Source: Candidatus Latescibacterota bacterium | Lineage (GTDB): Bacteria; Latescibacterota; UBA2968 | NCBI GenBank assembly: GCA_965116885.1 | Contig: OZ220741.1 | Location: 2,656,001 to 2,720,000 of the forward strand | Length of the DNA stretch: 64,000 bases | Direction of reading: 5' to 3' | Part shown: positions 9,486 through 18,244 of the stretch, piece after piece | Layout of the letters: each line of letters begins with the position of its first letter | Position numbering within the stretch: the stretch's first letter is position 1 | Notes under the pieces: model-generated | The model's input: only the letters and a program-made list of their open reading frames with translations | Told to the model about the DNA's origin: nothing | Database searches by the model: none | Made by a program: the position numbers and the translations under genes

Positions 9486-11644
9486 TTGACATACTAAAAC
9501 ACCTGCTTGAAGGCCGCTACCGAATTTCGACGCAACTCTATTTGGGTATTGGCGGTGCTGTTGTCCTCACTATGGGGGCGAGTTTGGTTGGCTGGTTTTC
9601 CTTCAACAGCGTGGGTGACGCGCAAAGTCGCGTGAATGAAGGCAGTGTGCCCGGAATGGCAGCCGCATTTGGAGTCGCTCAACAAAGCGGTGCCATTGTA
9701 GCCGCAGCACCGCGTCTCATCGCTGCTGCAACGCCAGAGACATTTAATCAGGTTATTGCCGAGATCGCCACAGAGCGAAACACTTTTGAAGCGCAGTTGG
9801 CGGCTCTGACGCAGCAAGGTGAAGAAGAGGAACGCTTCAATCGCATTCGCGCCCAGGGTGGCACTCTGATCTCAAATATCGAAGCAATTGAAAGCTCAGT
9901 AGCCGAGCTTTTTGTGCTGCAAGAACAGAGTGAAGCCCTGCGTGCAGAACTGGTTAAAGTGCGCAATGATCTGGTTGGTGTCATGGTTCCGCTTATTGAC
10001 GACCAGTTGTTCTACGCTATGACGGGGTATCGCAATCTCGGCGAAGCACCCGCGCCGCGCAATCAGCACTTGTCGAGACAAGAGTTCGACCACTATCGCC
10101 ATCTGGCTGCATTGCAAGCAGACGCCACCACAGCAATCCAGCTTCTGTCGAGTGCTTTCAATCTTTCAGATGCGCCCTTGATTGAGCCATTGCGGGAGCG
10201 ATTTGAGGCTGCTAAAGACAGGATTGAATGGAGTTTGTCGGCACTCGGAACGGCCCGTGCGCGCAGTCAGATCGCTCCGATATGTGCCCGTCTGTACCAG
10301 TTGGGGCTGGGGGAAGAAGGGGGCTTCGACCTGCGTACACGAGAACTCGAACACGTCGCGCACCAGCGGGACCTGCTCGCACGCAATCAGTCTCTTGCCC
10401 TTAATCTGGTCGCCGAAGCCGAGGGGCTGGTAAATGCTGCCCGCATAAGTGCGAAGGAAGCAACCCACGCTTCCACACTGGCCATCGGCACCGGGCGCAG
10501 TCTTCTGTTGGTTTTGAATGTGATCAGCATTACTGGCGCGTTGTTGATCGCCTATTTATTCGTGGGACGAATGCTATTGCCCCGTCTCGAGCGACTATCC
10601 GAGCGGATGCGCCGCATGGCTGATGGCGACCTGGAGGGCAAGGTCGAGATCGGTGGGAACGACGAGGTGGCAGACATGGCCGCAGCCCTTGAAGTCTTTC
10701 GCCGCCACGCTCTGGAGGTGCAGCGCCTGAATCTGGTGGAAAAACTGGCAGAAGAGTTGCAATCTAAAAACGAAGAGCTCGAAAAGGTGCTGGAGGATTT
10801 GCAGGTGGCGCAGGACCAGATTGTTATGCGCGAGAAATTGGCCGCGCTCGGCGAACTCACTGCAGGTGTGGCGCACGAGATCAAGAATCCGCTGAATTTT
10901 GTGAAAAACTTCTCGGAAGCGTCGGAAGAACTCATGGAGGAGTTGGTGGAGGTACTGGACGAAATTCCCGAGGCGCTGGACGAGGAGCAGCGCGAATTGG
11001 TTGACGAGATATGCCAGGACCTCACCGACAACATGGGGCGCATCCTCCAACACGGCACCCGCGCCGACCGCATTGTTCACGATATGCTCATGATGGGGCG
11101 CGGCTCTGGTGAGCGACTGCCCATTGAAATTAACAATCTGCTCGATGAACACGCCCGCCTTGCCTACCACAGTGCACGGGCCACTGACGCGGATTTTAAC
11201 TTGACTATTGAGACGGATTTCGATCCAGATGCGGGGCAAATTGAGGCCGTGCCGCAGGATCTGGGGCGCGTTTTCCTCAACATGGTAGGCAATGCCTGTT
11301 ACGCTACCGATGAGAAACGTCGTGCTATTGAAGCAGATAATGGTGAGACCTTTTTTCCGACCCTGTCGCTGAGCACCAGGCGCCTGGATGATCGGATAGA
11401 GGTGAGCATAAGAGATAATGGGAATGGGATTCCGCCCGAGGTTGTCGATAAAATTTTCAATCCTTTTTTTACCACCAAACCGACAGACAAGGGAACTGGC
11501 CTCGGCCTTGCTCTTTCCAATGATATTGTGCGCGAACACGGGGGAAATATCCGGGTTGTATCTGAACCTGGTGAATTTACCGAGATGATAGTAGAATTGC
11601 CTTTGGTGCCGTCCGCGGTGACGACTGAAGAGGTAGAGAGATAG
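9482..11644 (+). CDS. Membrane HAMP-domain sensor histidine kinase (helical TorS-like periplasmic domain)
   Basis: Two TM segments flanking a long helical domain, HAMP (GNDEVADMA), AGVAHEIKNPLN H-box, NMVGNA, DNGNG, FNPFFTTK, GTGLGL. Confidence 0.93.
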   Translation: MIDILKHLLEGRYRISTQLYLGIGGAVVLTMGASLVGWFSFNSVGDAQSRVNEGSVPGMAAAFGVAQQSGAIVAAAPRLIAAATPETFNQVIAEIATERNTFEAQLAALTQQGEEEERFNRIRAQGGTLISNIEAIESSVAELFVLQEQSEALRAELVKVRNDLVGVMVPLIDDQLFYAMTGYRNLGEAPAPRNQHLSRQEFDHYRHLAALQADATTAIQLLSSAFNLSDAPLIEPLRERFEAAKDRIEWSLSALGTARARSQIAPICARLYQLGLGEEGGFDLRTRELEHVAHQRDLLARNQSLALNLVAEAEGLVNAARISAKEATHASTLAIGTGRSLLLVLNVISITGALLIAYLFVGRMLLPRLERLSERMRRMADGDLEGKVEIGGNDEVADMAAALEVFRRHALEVQRLNLVEKLAEELQSKNEELEKVLEDLQVAQDQIVMREKLAALGELTAGVAHEIKNPLNFVKNFSEASEELMEELVEVLDEIPEALDEEQRELVDEICQDLTDNMGRILQHGTRADRIVHDMLMMGRGSGERLPIEINNLLDEHARLAYHSARATDADFNLTIETDFDPDAGQIEAVPQDLGRVFLNMVGNACYATDEKRRAIEADNGETFFPTLSLSTRRLDDRIEVSIRDNGNGIPPEVVDKIFNPFFTTKPTDKGTGLGLALSNDIVREHGGNIRVVSEPGEFTEMIVELPLVPSAVTTEEVER

Positions 11645-11688
11645 AAGGGAGTGGAGGCACTGTTCCATCATTATGGGAGGGAATATCC

Positions 11689-13071
11689 ATGCGGACGTTT
11701 TTAAAAACCCTTATTCATCACCGGTTCACCAACCGGGTGGGAAAACCGCTCGCGGTGCTCGGGTTCCTTGCGTGTGCTACAACCGCCGCGCACGCAGCGG
11801 TTGACGAGGAAACCCTGTTCGTCTTCAACACTTTTTCATTTCTCCTTTGGGGCGTGCTGGTGATGTGGATGTGCGCGGGATTTACCATGCTCGAGTCCGG
11901 CTCTGTGCGCACCAAGAATGCCTCTATGATTTGCCTGAAGAATATTGGCCTCTATTCTATTGCCGGGCTTGCTTACTATTTCATCGGCTATAATCTCATG
12001 TACGTCGATGTGGGAAGTGTAATCGGTTCATTTAAGTTTTTATACGGACCATCTGGCGATGAGCTTGCTCTGATAGCGGGAAATGAGGCCGCGAAGACGA
12101 ACGTGATTAAGAGCGGCTATTCCACCATGTCCAATTGGTTTTTCCAGATGGTCTTTGTTGCGACCACTGCTTCTATTGTCTCTGGAACTCTGGCCGAACG
12201 AGTTAAAATGTGGTCCTTTTTTGTTTTTATTCTGGTGCTGACAGCGATTATCTATCCCGTCGTCGGCGCGTGGACATGGGGCGAAGGATGGCTAAGTGCG
12301 ATGGGTTTCAAGGATTTTGCTGGATCGACCATTGTGCATAGCACCGGTGGCTGGGCGGCACTTGCTGGCGCGATAGTCGTTGGACCGAGGCTCGGCAAAT
12401 TCCGCAGCGATGGTACGGTCAAATCCACGCCGCCCTCTAACATTTTGATAGTAACACTGGGCGTCTTCATCCTGTGGTTCGGGTGGTTCGGTTTCAACGG
12501 TGGGTCGCAACTGGCATTGGGAAGCGCGCTTGACGCGGTCGCGATGAGTCATGTGCTGGTCAATACCAATTTGGGAGCTGCAGCCGGTGTTATGGCAGCT
12601 CTTTTAGTTTCTCGTCCCATCCTGGGACGCGTAGATCTGTTCGCAGGTCTGAATGGCGCAATCGCCGGTCTGGTGTCGATTACTGCGGGACCCGATATTG
12701 TCGATCACTACTGGGCGGTCATTATTGGTGCTATTGGCGCGGTTGTGTGTACTGCCGGGATCAAGCTTCTGGAAAAGATCAAGCTGGATGATGTGGTCGG
12801 GGCAATACCCGCTCACCTGTTCGCCGGTATCTGGGGCACCATAGCGGTCTGCATCGCTGGCGGCGGTAACTTAGGCGTACAATTGATCGGTATTGTAGCG
12901 GTTGGCGCATTCGTGTTTGTGACTTCGTGGGTGTTGTGGCGCGTAATTGCTATGACGTTGAGTGTGCGCGTGTCGCGCCAGGTCGAACAATTGGGGCAGG
13001 ATGTTGGGGAATTGGGAATTGACGCCTATCCCGAATTTGTGCTTATGCCGGAAGAAGATGATGAAGAATAA
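11689..13071 (+). CDS. amtB: Ammonium transporter (Amt family)
   Basis: AGFTMLESG, FFQMVF, DFAGSTIVHSTGG, WFGWFGFNGGS, DDVVGAIPAH (twin His retained). Confidence 0.96.
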   Translation: MRTFLKTLIHHRFTNRVGKPLAVLGFLACATTAAHAAVDEETLFVFNTFSFLLWGVLVMWMCAGFTMLESGSVRTKNASMICLKNIGLYSIAGLAYYFIGYNLMYVDVGSVIGSFKFLYGPSGDELALIAGNEAAKTNVIKSGYSTMSNWFFQMVFVATTASIVSGTLAERVKMWSFFVFILVLTAIIYPVVGAWTWGEGWLSAMGFKDFAGSTIVHSTGGWAALAGAIVVGPRLGKFRSDGTVKSTPPSNILIVTLGVFILWFGWFGFNGGSQLALGSALDAVAMSHVLVNTNLGAAAGVMAALLVSRPILGRVDLFAGLNGAIAGLVSITAGPDIVDHYWAVIIGAIGAVVCTAGIKLLEKIKLDDVVGAIPAHLFAGIWGTIAVCIAGGGNLGVQLIGIVAVGAFVFVTSWVLWRVIAMTLSVRVSRQVEQLGQDVGELGIDAYPEFVLMPEEDDEE

Positions 13072-14006
13072 GCAAGGATCTTCTGCATATCTTCTGGTGG
13101 ATGTGCTTCAAACATCATTTCTTTTTTTGTTACGGGATGCACGAATGTCAATTGAGTCGCGTGGAGCATCTGTCGATTAGTTTGCGCGAGCAGGTGGGTT
13201 GCCTCTCTCCGAAACAGGGGGGCAATCCCAGACAGCCGCTCCTCGCGTCCGCCGTATAGCGGGTCGCCAAATACGGGGCGGTTGAGATGCGTTAGATGCA
13301 CTCTGATCTGGTGTGTACGACCCGTCTCCAGCGCGAGAGATAGCAAAGAGAGAAAATCGTAACGCGCCCTTATTTTCCAGCGCGTTGCTGCATATTTTCC
13401 ATTTAGAGAAACGGTCATTCGCTTTCGATCTTTGGGATGCCTTCCAATTGGTGCTTCTATGCGCCCTTCATCTGCTTCAAAGCCCCCCCATATCAACGCG
13501 AGATAACGCCGCTCCATTGCACGGGCTTCCAACTGGGCAGCCAATCCGCGGTGCCCGGCATCACTTTTGGCGACGACCATCAGGCCCGATGTGTCTTTGT
13601 CTAATCGATGTACAATGCCCGGTCGCAAAACCCCGTTGATACCCGATAAATGCGTGCAGTGTGACAGGAGGGCATTGACGAGTGTTCCCGAGGTCACGCT
13701 TCCCGCTGGATGTACAATCATACCCGCAGGTTTGTCGAGCACCAGCACATGGTCATCTTCAAAAAAAATATCCAGAGGAATATCCTCTGGATTAATTGCA
13801 CTATCTGTTGGAGGGGGTATGTTTATTGTGATGCTATCGCCAGCCACCACCCGATAGCTCGATCGGGGCGTCTTTCCCTTGATGAAAACAGCACCCTCGG
13901 CAATCAGTTTTTGAAGGCGTGAACGCGAAAGTTCGGGGCGTTGGTCGGCCAAATAGCGGTCCAGACGCTGGCCTTCATGTTGAGGCAGAATTTTTAGATG
14001 AATCAC
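13026..14006 (-). CDS. rluD: RluA-family 23S rRNA pseudouridine synthase with S4 domain
   Basis: RLDRYL S4 domain, DKPAG, GIVHRLDKDTSG, ETGRTHQIRVH. Start placed at GTG 14006 (uncertain). Confidence 0.92.
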   Translation of the reverse strand: MIHLKILPQHEGQRLDRYLADQRPELSRSRLQKLIAEGAVFIKGKTPRSSYRVVAGDSITINIPPPTDSAINPEDIPLDIFFEDDHVLVLDKPAGMIVHPAGSVTSGTLVNALLSHCTHLSGINGVLRPGIVHRLDKDTSGLMVVAKSDAGHRGLAAQLEARAMERRYLALIWGGFEADEGRIEAPIGRHPKDRKRMTVSLNGKYAATRWKIRARYDFLSLLSLALETGRTHQIRVHLTHLNRPVFGDPLYGGREERLSGIAPLFRREATHLLAQTNRQMLHATQLTFVHPVTKKEMMFEAHPPEDMQKILAYSSSSSSGISTNSG

Positions 14007-14472
14007 GGTTATGCACCGTCTCACGGCGTTTAGATGTGATGCCAAAAGCAAAAATCAAGAGAGCGGTCCCCACACTGACACAGGTATCCGCGAGGTTAAA
14101 AACCCACCACCGCGCAGTTCCAATGCCAAAATCGAGAAAATCAATTACGACGCCAAATCGCACGCGGTCGATGATATTGCCAATTGCACCTCCCAACACC
14201 AGAGTCAAACCAATGGCTGCGAGGCGGTCTTCGGGAGGGATACGCCACAGCAACCCACCAACCACGATAAGTGCCACACAAGCCAGTAGTAGATGCAGGT
14301 AAGGGTTGCCCAATCGGATGCCGAATACTGCACCTGGATTGTGAATATAGGTCAGCTTAAAAAAAGATCCCAGTACCGGTACAGATTCGCCCAGGGTCAT
14401 GGTTTGCAACACCCACCATTTTGTAAATTGGTCCAGCACCAATGCCACACCTGTAATCCACAAGAATCTCAC
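13975..14472 (-). CDS. lspA: Signal peptidase II
   Basis: DQFTK, NPGAVFG, GGAIGNIIDR, VIDF, FNLAD. Confidence 0.96.
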   Translation of the reverse strand: MRFLWITGVALVLDQFTKWWVLQTMTLGESVPVLGSFFKLTYIHNPGAVFGIRLGNPYLHLLLACVALIVVGGLLWRIPPEDRLAAIGLTLVLGGAIGNIIDRVRFGVVIDFLDFGIGTARWWVFNLADTCVSVGTALLIFAFGITSKRRETVHNRDSSKNSAST

Positions 14473-14481
14473 AATTATACC

Positions 14482-14853
14482 TCATGCCAATTTGTTTTGT
14501 TTTTCTTTACAAGGGACGCAAATTTCCGTGGTTGGCACAGCTTCCAGTCTTGCTCTGGGGATAGGAGATTTACATGCTCGACACACGCCAAATTTGCGGT
14601 TTTTAATGCGCGTTAAAGCAGCGTCAATTTGGTCCAGATAAGCACCGTCGCGTGCTGCAAATAGAAAAGCCTTTTCGCGTTCCATGGTCGAATTGCCCAA
14701 ATCGGGCATGTGATCTGAATACGTCAGGTCGCCCGACGATTCTGCCGAGGTGATCTGCATGGAATGGCTCTGCAACGTGCCCAGGTCTTTAACGATGGAG
14801 GTGCGTTTGGTCTGTAAAAGTTTTTTGAAATACTCCAGGTCTTGATCTGTCAT
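14482..14853 (-). CDS. TraR/DksA C4 zinc-finger protein
   Basis: DHMPD coiled-coil tip, CRAC...IPRARLEAVP...CVPC. Confidence 0.92.
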   Translation of the reverse strand: MTDQDLEYFKKLLQTKRTSIVKDLGTLQSHSMQITSAESSGDLTYSDHMPDLGNSTMEREKAFLFAARDGAYLDQIDAALTRIKNRKFGVCRACKSPIPRARLEAVPTTEICVPCKEKQNKLA

Positions 14854-14854
14854 T

Positions 14855-15319
14855 TTATTCCTTTCTATCCACAGCTTCCCAAATTTGACGCGCGTTTTCT
14901 TCGATTAGCGCGCGTTGTTCCGGCCAGAAAAACACGGGGAGTGGATCGAGTGGCACCCAGGACATGCTTTCGTGATGCGTTGTGTCGGTTGGCACGGCAT
15001 CAATCTGCTCGGTCGAATACAAAAAATAATGTGTTATTTTCCATTCTTTCTTGGAAAAATCAAGCCGTTCTTTTGTGCCGAGTTTTTCCACGAGTTGCAG
15101 TTTTGATACCCCAACTTCTTCTTTGATCTCTCGTCTGGCAGCACATTCGATTTTCTCGCCCGCTTCAATGTGTCCTTTGGGCAACACATAGTCGGTGTGC
15201 CCTCTTTCGCGGGCCAGAGCCAGCAATATCTGATGGCCATCCCAACGCACGACTACACCGCCCGCAGCGTGACGTTCTCGCAATCCTTTGGGGCGTATGT
15301 ACCAGCTATTGTCGATCAT
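14855..15319 (-). CDS. NUDIX hydrolase (Ap4A hydrolase-like)
   Basis: AAGGVV, LPKGHIEAGEKIECAARREIKEEVG Nudix box. Confidence 0.92.
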   Translation of the reverse strand: MIDNSWYIRPKGLRERHAAGGVVVRWDGHQILLALARERGHTDYVLPKGHIEAGEKIECAARREIKEEVGVSKLQLVEKLGTKERLDFSKKEWKITHYFLYSTEQIDAVPTDTTHHESMSWVPLDPLPVFFWPEQRALIEENARQIWEAVDRKE

Positions 15320-15349
15320 AAATCAGTTATCAGTGGGGCACGTCTTTGT

Positions 15350-16225
15350 TCATTTCCAGTACTTATCGTATAGAAGACCGAGTCTTTCTTTTGCCGCGTT
15401 GGAAATTGCATCTGGCGATGTGATAATCGCAAATTGTGCGGCATTGAGACAATCGCAATCCGATGTTCTGGGCAACTGTGCGGCCAATGTACATACAATT
15501 TGATTTGCGTGCTCGGCATTGGCTTTTAACACAGCGACTACGGCTTCTACCGACACATCTTCTTCTGCTTCATGCCAGCAATCGTAATCGGTGCCCATAG
15601 CCAGCATCGCATAACACATTTCGGCCTCGCGTGCGAGTTTGGCTTCGGGCAAAGCCGTCATTCCAATCACGGTCGCATTGACTTCTCGACGATAAAAATG
15701 GGACTCTGCGCGTGTGGAGAATTGCGGTCCCTCCATACAGATATACGTTCCACCATCGTGGGTGGTTACTCCGGAGTTTTTTGCAGCAGCCAGCAGTAAG
15801 TCGCGCAATTCGCCGCAAAAAGGATCCGCAAAGGCCACATGGCCGGCAATGCCTTTACCAAAAAATGTGCTCGCACGGATGCCGCGGGTGCGATCAAAAA
15901 TCTGGTCGGGCACCACCATATCACCCGGTTTTATAGCTTCCCGCATAATTCCCACAGCACTTATCGACAACAGATGTGTCACGCCCATCTGTTTCATGGC
16001 ATATACATTGGCGCGATAGGGCACTTCAGAAGGCAGCAGCACATGTCCACGTCCATGACGGGGCAAAAAATATACCGATTGGTCGCCTATACGCGTTTCG
16101 ACAACGGCATCTGAAGGCGCGCCAAAAGGTGTGGCAAGGCGATGTTCGGCTACGATTTCCACACCTTCCATGTGATAAACACCAGATCCGCCCATAACAC
16201 CCAGTCGAACAATCTGTTCAGGCAT
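15350..16225 (-). CDS. mtnP: S-methyl-5'-thioadenosine phosphorylase
   Basis: GVMGGSG, PRHGRGH, PYRAN, EGPQFSTRAES, GMTALPEAKLAREAE, TDYDCW. Confidence 0.93.
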   Translation of the reverse strand: MPEQIVRLGVMGGSGVYHMEGVEIVAEHRLATPFGAPSDAVVETRIGDQSVYFLPRHGRGHVLLPSEVPYRANVYAMKQMGVTHLLSISAVGIMREAIKPGDMVVPDQIFDRTRGIRASTFFGKGIAGHVAFADPFCGELRDLLLAAAKNSGVTTHDGGTYICMEGPQFSTRAESHFYRREVNATVIGMTALPEAKLAREAEMCYAMLAMGTDYDCWHEAEEDVSVEAVVAVLKANAEHANQIVCTLAAQLPRTSDCDCLNAAQFAIITSPDAISNAAKERLGLLYDKYWK

Positions 16226-16739
16226 TTTCGTCGTCCTGATCTGTGGTGTCATCTTCTATTTCGGGAATATTCTCTTTTACCACATCGAAGGTCGTCATTT
16301 GAAATTGGTCCAAAAAATCAGTCTGACCCTGTACCAGGGCCTTAAATTTGGACAAGAACATATTGCGTTGATTTTGTAACTCTACAAGCTCTGTGCGGAT
16401 TTCCTGCACCTGTGTGCGCGCTTTTTCAATAGCCCGATTGCTGCGGATTTCCGCTTCTTTCACAATCAGCCGCGCTTCTTTGTGCCCATTTTCCTTGACT
16501 TCTTCAGCCGTTTGTTGAGCAGTTCTGAGCATTTCCTGGAGGGTTTGCTCTATTGACTGATAGTGATGCACTTCTGATTGCAACGCATTGAGAAATTCTT
16601 TTAGTTCGATATTCTCGGAGTTGAGATGTTCGACTTCTGTCGCCAGCGTTTCGAGAAATGTCTGCACTTCTTCTTGATCATAACCGCGAAAAGATTTCTT
16701 AAAAATCTGTTTGCGAATATCCTGTGGTGTGATGTTCAC
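16218..16739 (-). CDS. divIVA: DivIVA domain protein
   Basis: ITPQDIRKQIFKKSFRGYDQEEVQTFL followed by coiled coil. Confidence 0.92.
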   Translation of the reverse strand: MNITPQDIRKQIFKKSFRGYDQEEVQTFLETLATEVEHLNSENIELKEFLNALQSEVHHYQSIEQTLQEMLRTAQQTAEEVKENGHKEARLIVKEAEIRSNRAIEKARTQVQEIRTELVELQNQRNMFLSKFKALVQGQTDFLDQFQMTTFDVVKENIPEIEDDTTDQDDENA

Positions 16740-16762
16740 AATTTCCCTCCCTCAGAGCTATT

Positions 16763-17350
16763 TTATAACTCAAATACACTTTGGATAGCACTCTGAACAA
16801 TTTGCAGAAGCAAAATTAACAAAATAGGCGACAAATCGAACATGCCCAGCGGAGGGACGATCTGCCGAAAAGGTCCCATAATAGGCTCAGTCAAGCTGTA
16901 AAGTGTCCACATAAACCTGCCCCCGCGCACAAAGGGCAACCAGGAAAATACAATACGCGCAATAATTAAAACCAGCAGGGTCGCAACGGCCCCATAGAGC
17001 AACCAACCGATGACATGCAGGATTTCGCCAGAAGAAATACCTTGTAGCAATCCTATGAGTGCAAGCAGTACATCGTTGGTTAACCATTTAAAAAAAAATG
17101 CCCCAATTAATGTCGCTATCACCAGAATCAATGGTGCCGCAGCGGTATTTCCAGGCATGTGTTGCGCAATGGGCCACACGAGCGGATCGGTTATGCGCCG
17201 AACATAATATTGAGACCAGCCAAAAGAATTCATACGCACCAAAATAGCGCGTAATAGCAACAAAGCCACCATGCCGATTACCAGTGCAACAAGCATCCAG
17301 TCAATGGCTTGTTGGATTAAAATAATCGCCTGAGCAACCACATCAACCAT
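16763..17350 (-). CDS. yggT: YggT family membrane protein (two YggT repeats)
   Basis: RITDPLVWP and LTEPIMGPFRQIVPPLGMFDLSP repeats. Confidence 0.92.
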   Translation of the reverse strand: MVDVVAQAIILIQQAIDWMLVALVIGMVALLLLRAILVRMNSFGWSQYYVRRITDPLVWPIAQHMPGNTAAAPLILVIATLIGAFFFKWLTNDVLLALIGLLQGISSGEILHVIGWLLYGAVATLLVLIIARIVFSWLPFVRGGRFMWTLYSLTEPIMGPFRQIVPPLGMFDLSPILLILLLQIVQSAIQSVFEL

Positions 17351-17353
17351 AGT

Positions 17354-18037
17354 TTATACCGTCCGCTGACCAAAAATCGCCGTGCCCACGCGAACCATTG
17401 TCGCGCCTTCTTCAATTGCAACTTCAAAGTCGCTGGACATCCCCATAGACAGGATAGACACCTGGGGCTTGTGAATTGCGATGCGATCCCTAATTTGTCG
17501 CAACAAGACAAAATTTGGCCGCGCTGTTTCGGAGTCTGGAGCAAATGCACCAATCGTCATTAGCCCTGCCACTGAAACCCCCTGCAGGTCATCGACCTGC
17601 CCGACCAGATCTAATGCCGCGTTGGGCGATACACCAAACTTCGATGCTTCGCCCGATGTATTTACCTGTACCAATACGCGAGTTGGGATGTTTCTTCGCA
17701 CAGCCCACCGGCTGATTTCTTTCGCCAGGCGCAATGTGTCAACCGAGTGAATCAGATCGAATAAAGGCAAGGCTATTTTGACTTTGTTGCGCTGTAAGTG
17801 TCCAACCAAATGCCAGGATACGGTGCCTGCTACCTCTGTGACTTTATGCTGTGCCTCTTGCACGCGACTTTCGCCTAAAATCCTTGTTCCCGCATCTACG
17901 ACCTGTTGCACGACATCGGCAGGCCAGGTCTTTGTTACAACAATCAATTTAACCGCATCTGCCGACCGCCCGGACCGATGAGCAGCCCTATCAATGCGGT
18001 CTTGAACGCGTTTTAAGTTATCAGCAATTGCCGACAT
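17354..18037 (-). CDS. yggS: PLP homeostasis protein (YggS family)
   Basis: VVTKT, GESRVQE, WHLVGHLQRNK, QVNTSGEASKFG, SMGMSSDF, RVGTAIFG. Confidence 0.96.
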   Translation of the reverse strand: MSAIADNLKRVQDRIDRAAHRSGRSADAVKLIVVTKTWPADVVQQVVDAGTRILGESRVQEAQHKVTEVAGTVSWHLVGHLQRNKVKIALPLFDLIHSVDTLRLAKEISRWAVRRNIPTRVLVQVNTSGEASKFGVSPNAALDLVGQVDDLQGVSVAGLMTIGAFAPDSETARPNFVLLRQIRDRIAIHKPQVSILSMGMSSDFEVAIEEGATMVRVGTAIFGQRTV

Positions 18038-18244
18038 AGATTTCGGTCTCAAAATTGAAATATAGATTTCATAATGTAGGCAAAAACCAGTGTAATAGCA
18101 ACAAAAACGGCCTGGAATACTGAGGCGAACTGCGTGAGCTTTTTAGCTGTGAGGAGAAAAAAACGTTGACTCTACACAGGAGATCTATGTATTGTACAGG
18201 TGCTCTCGCGCCACGTCTTATTTTTCTACTCCGGAGCTATTCTT

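Noticed and set aside
10595..11671. 358 aa antisense ORF (similar cases at 8346-9215, 52675-53709 and 59959-60684)
   Set aside because: Antisense shadows of well-supported genes.
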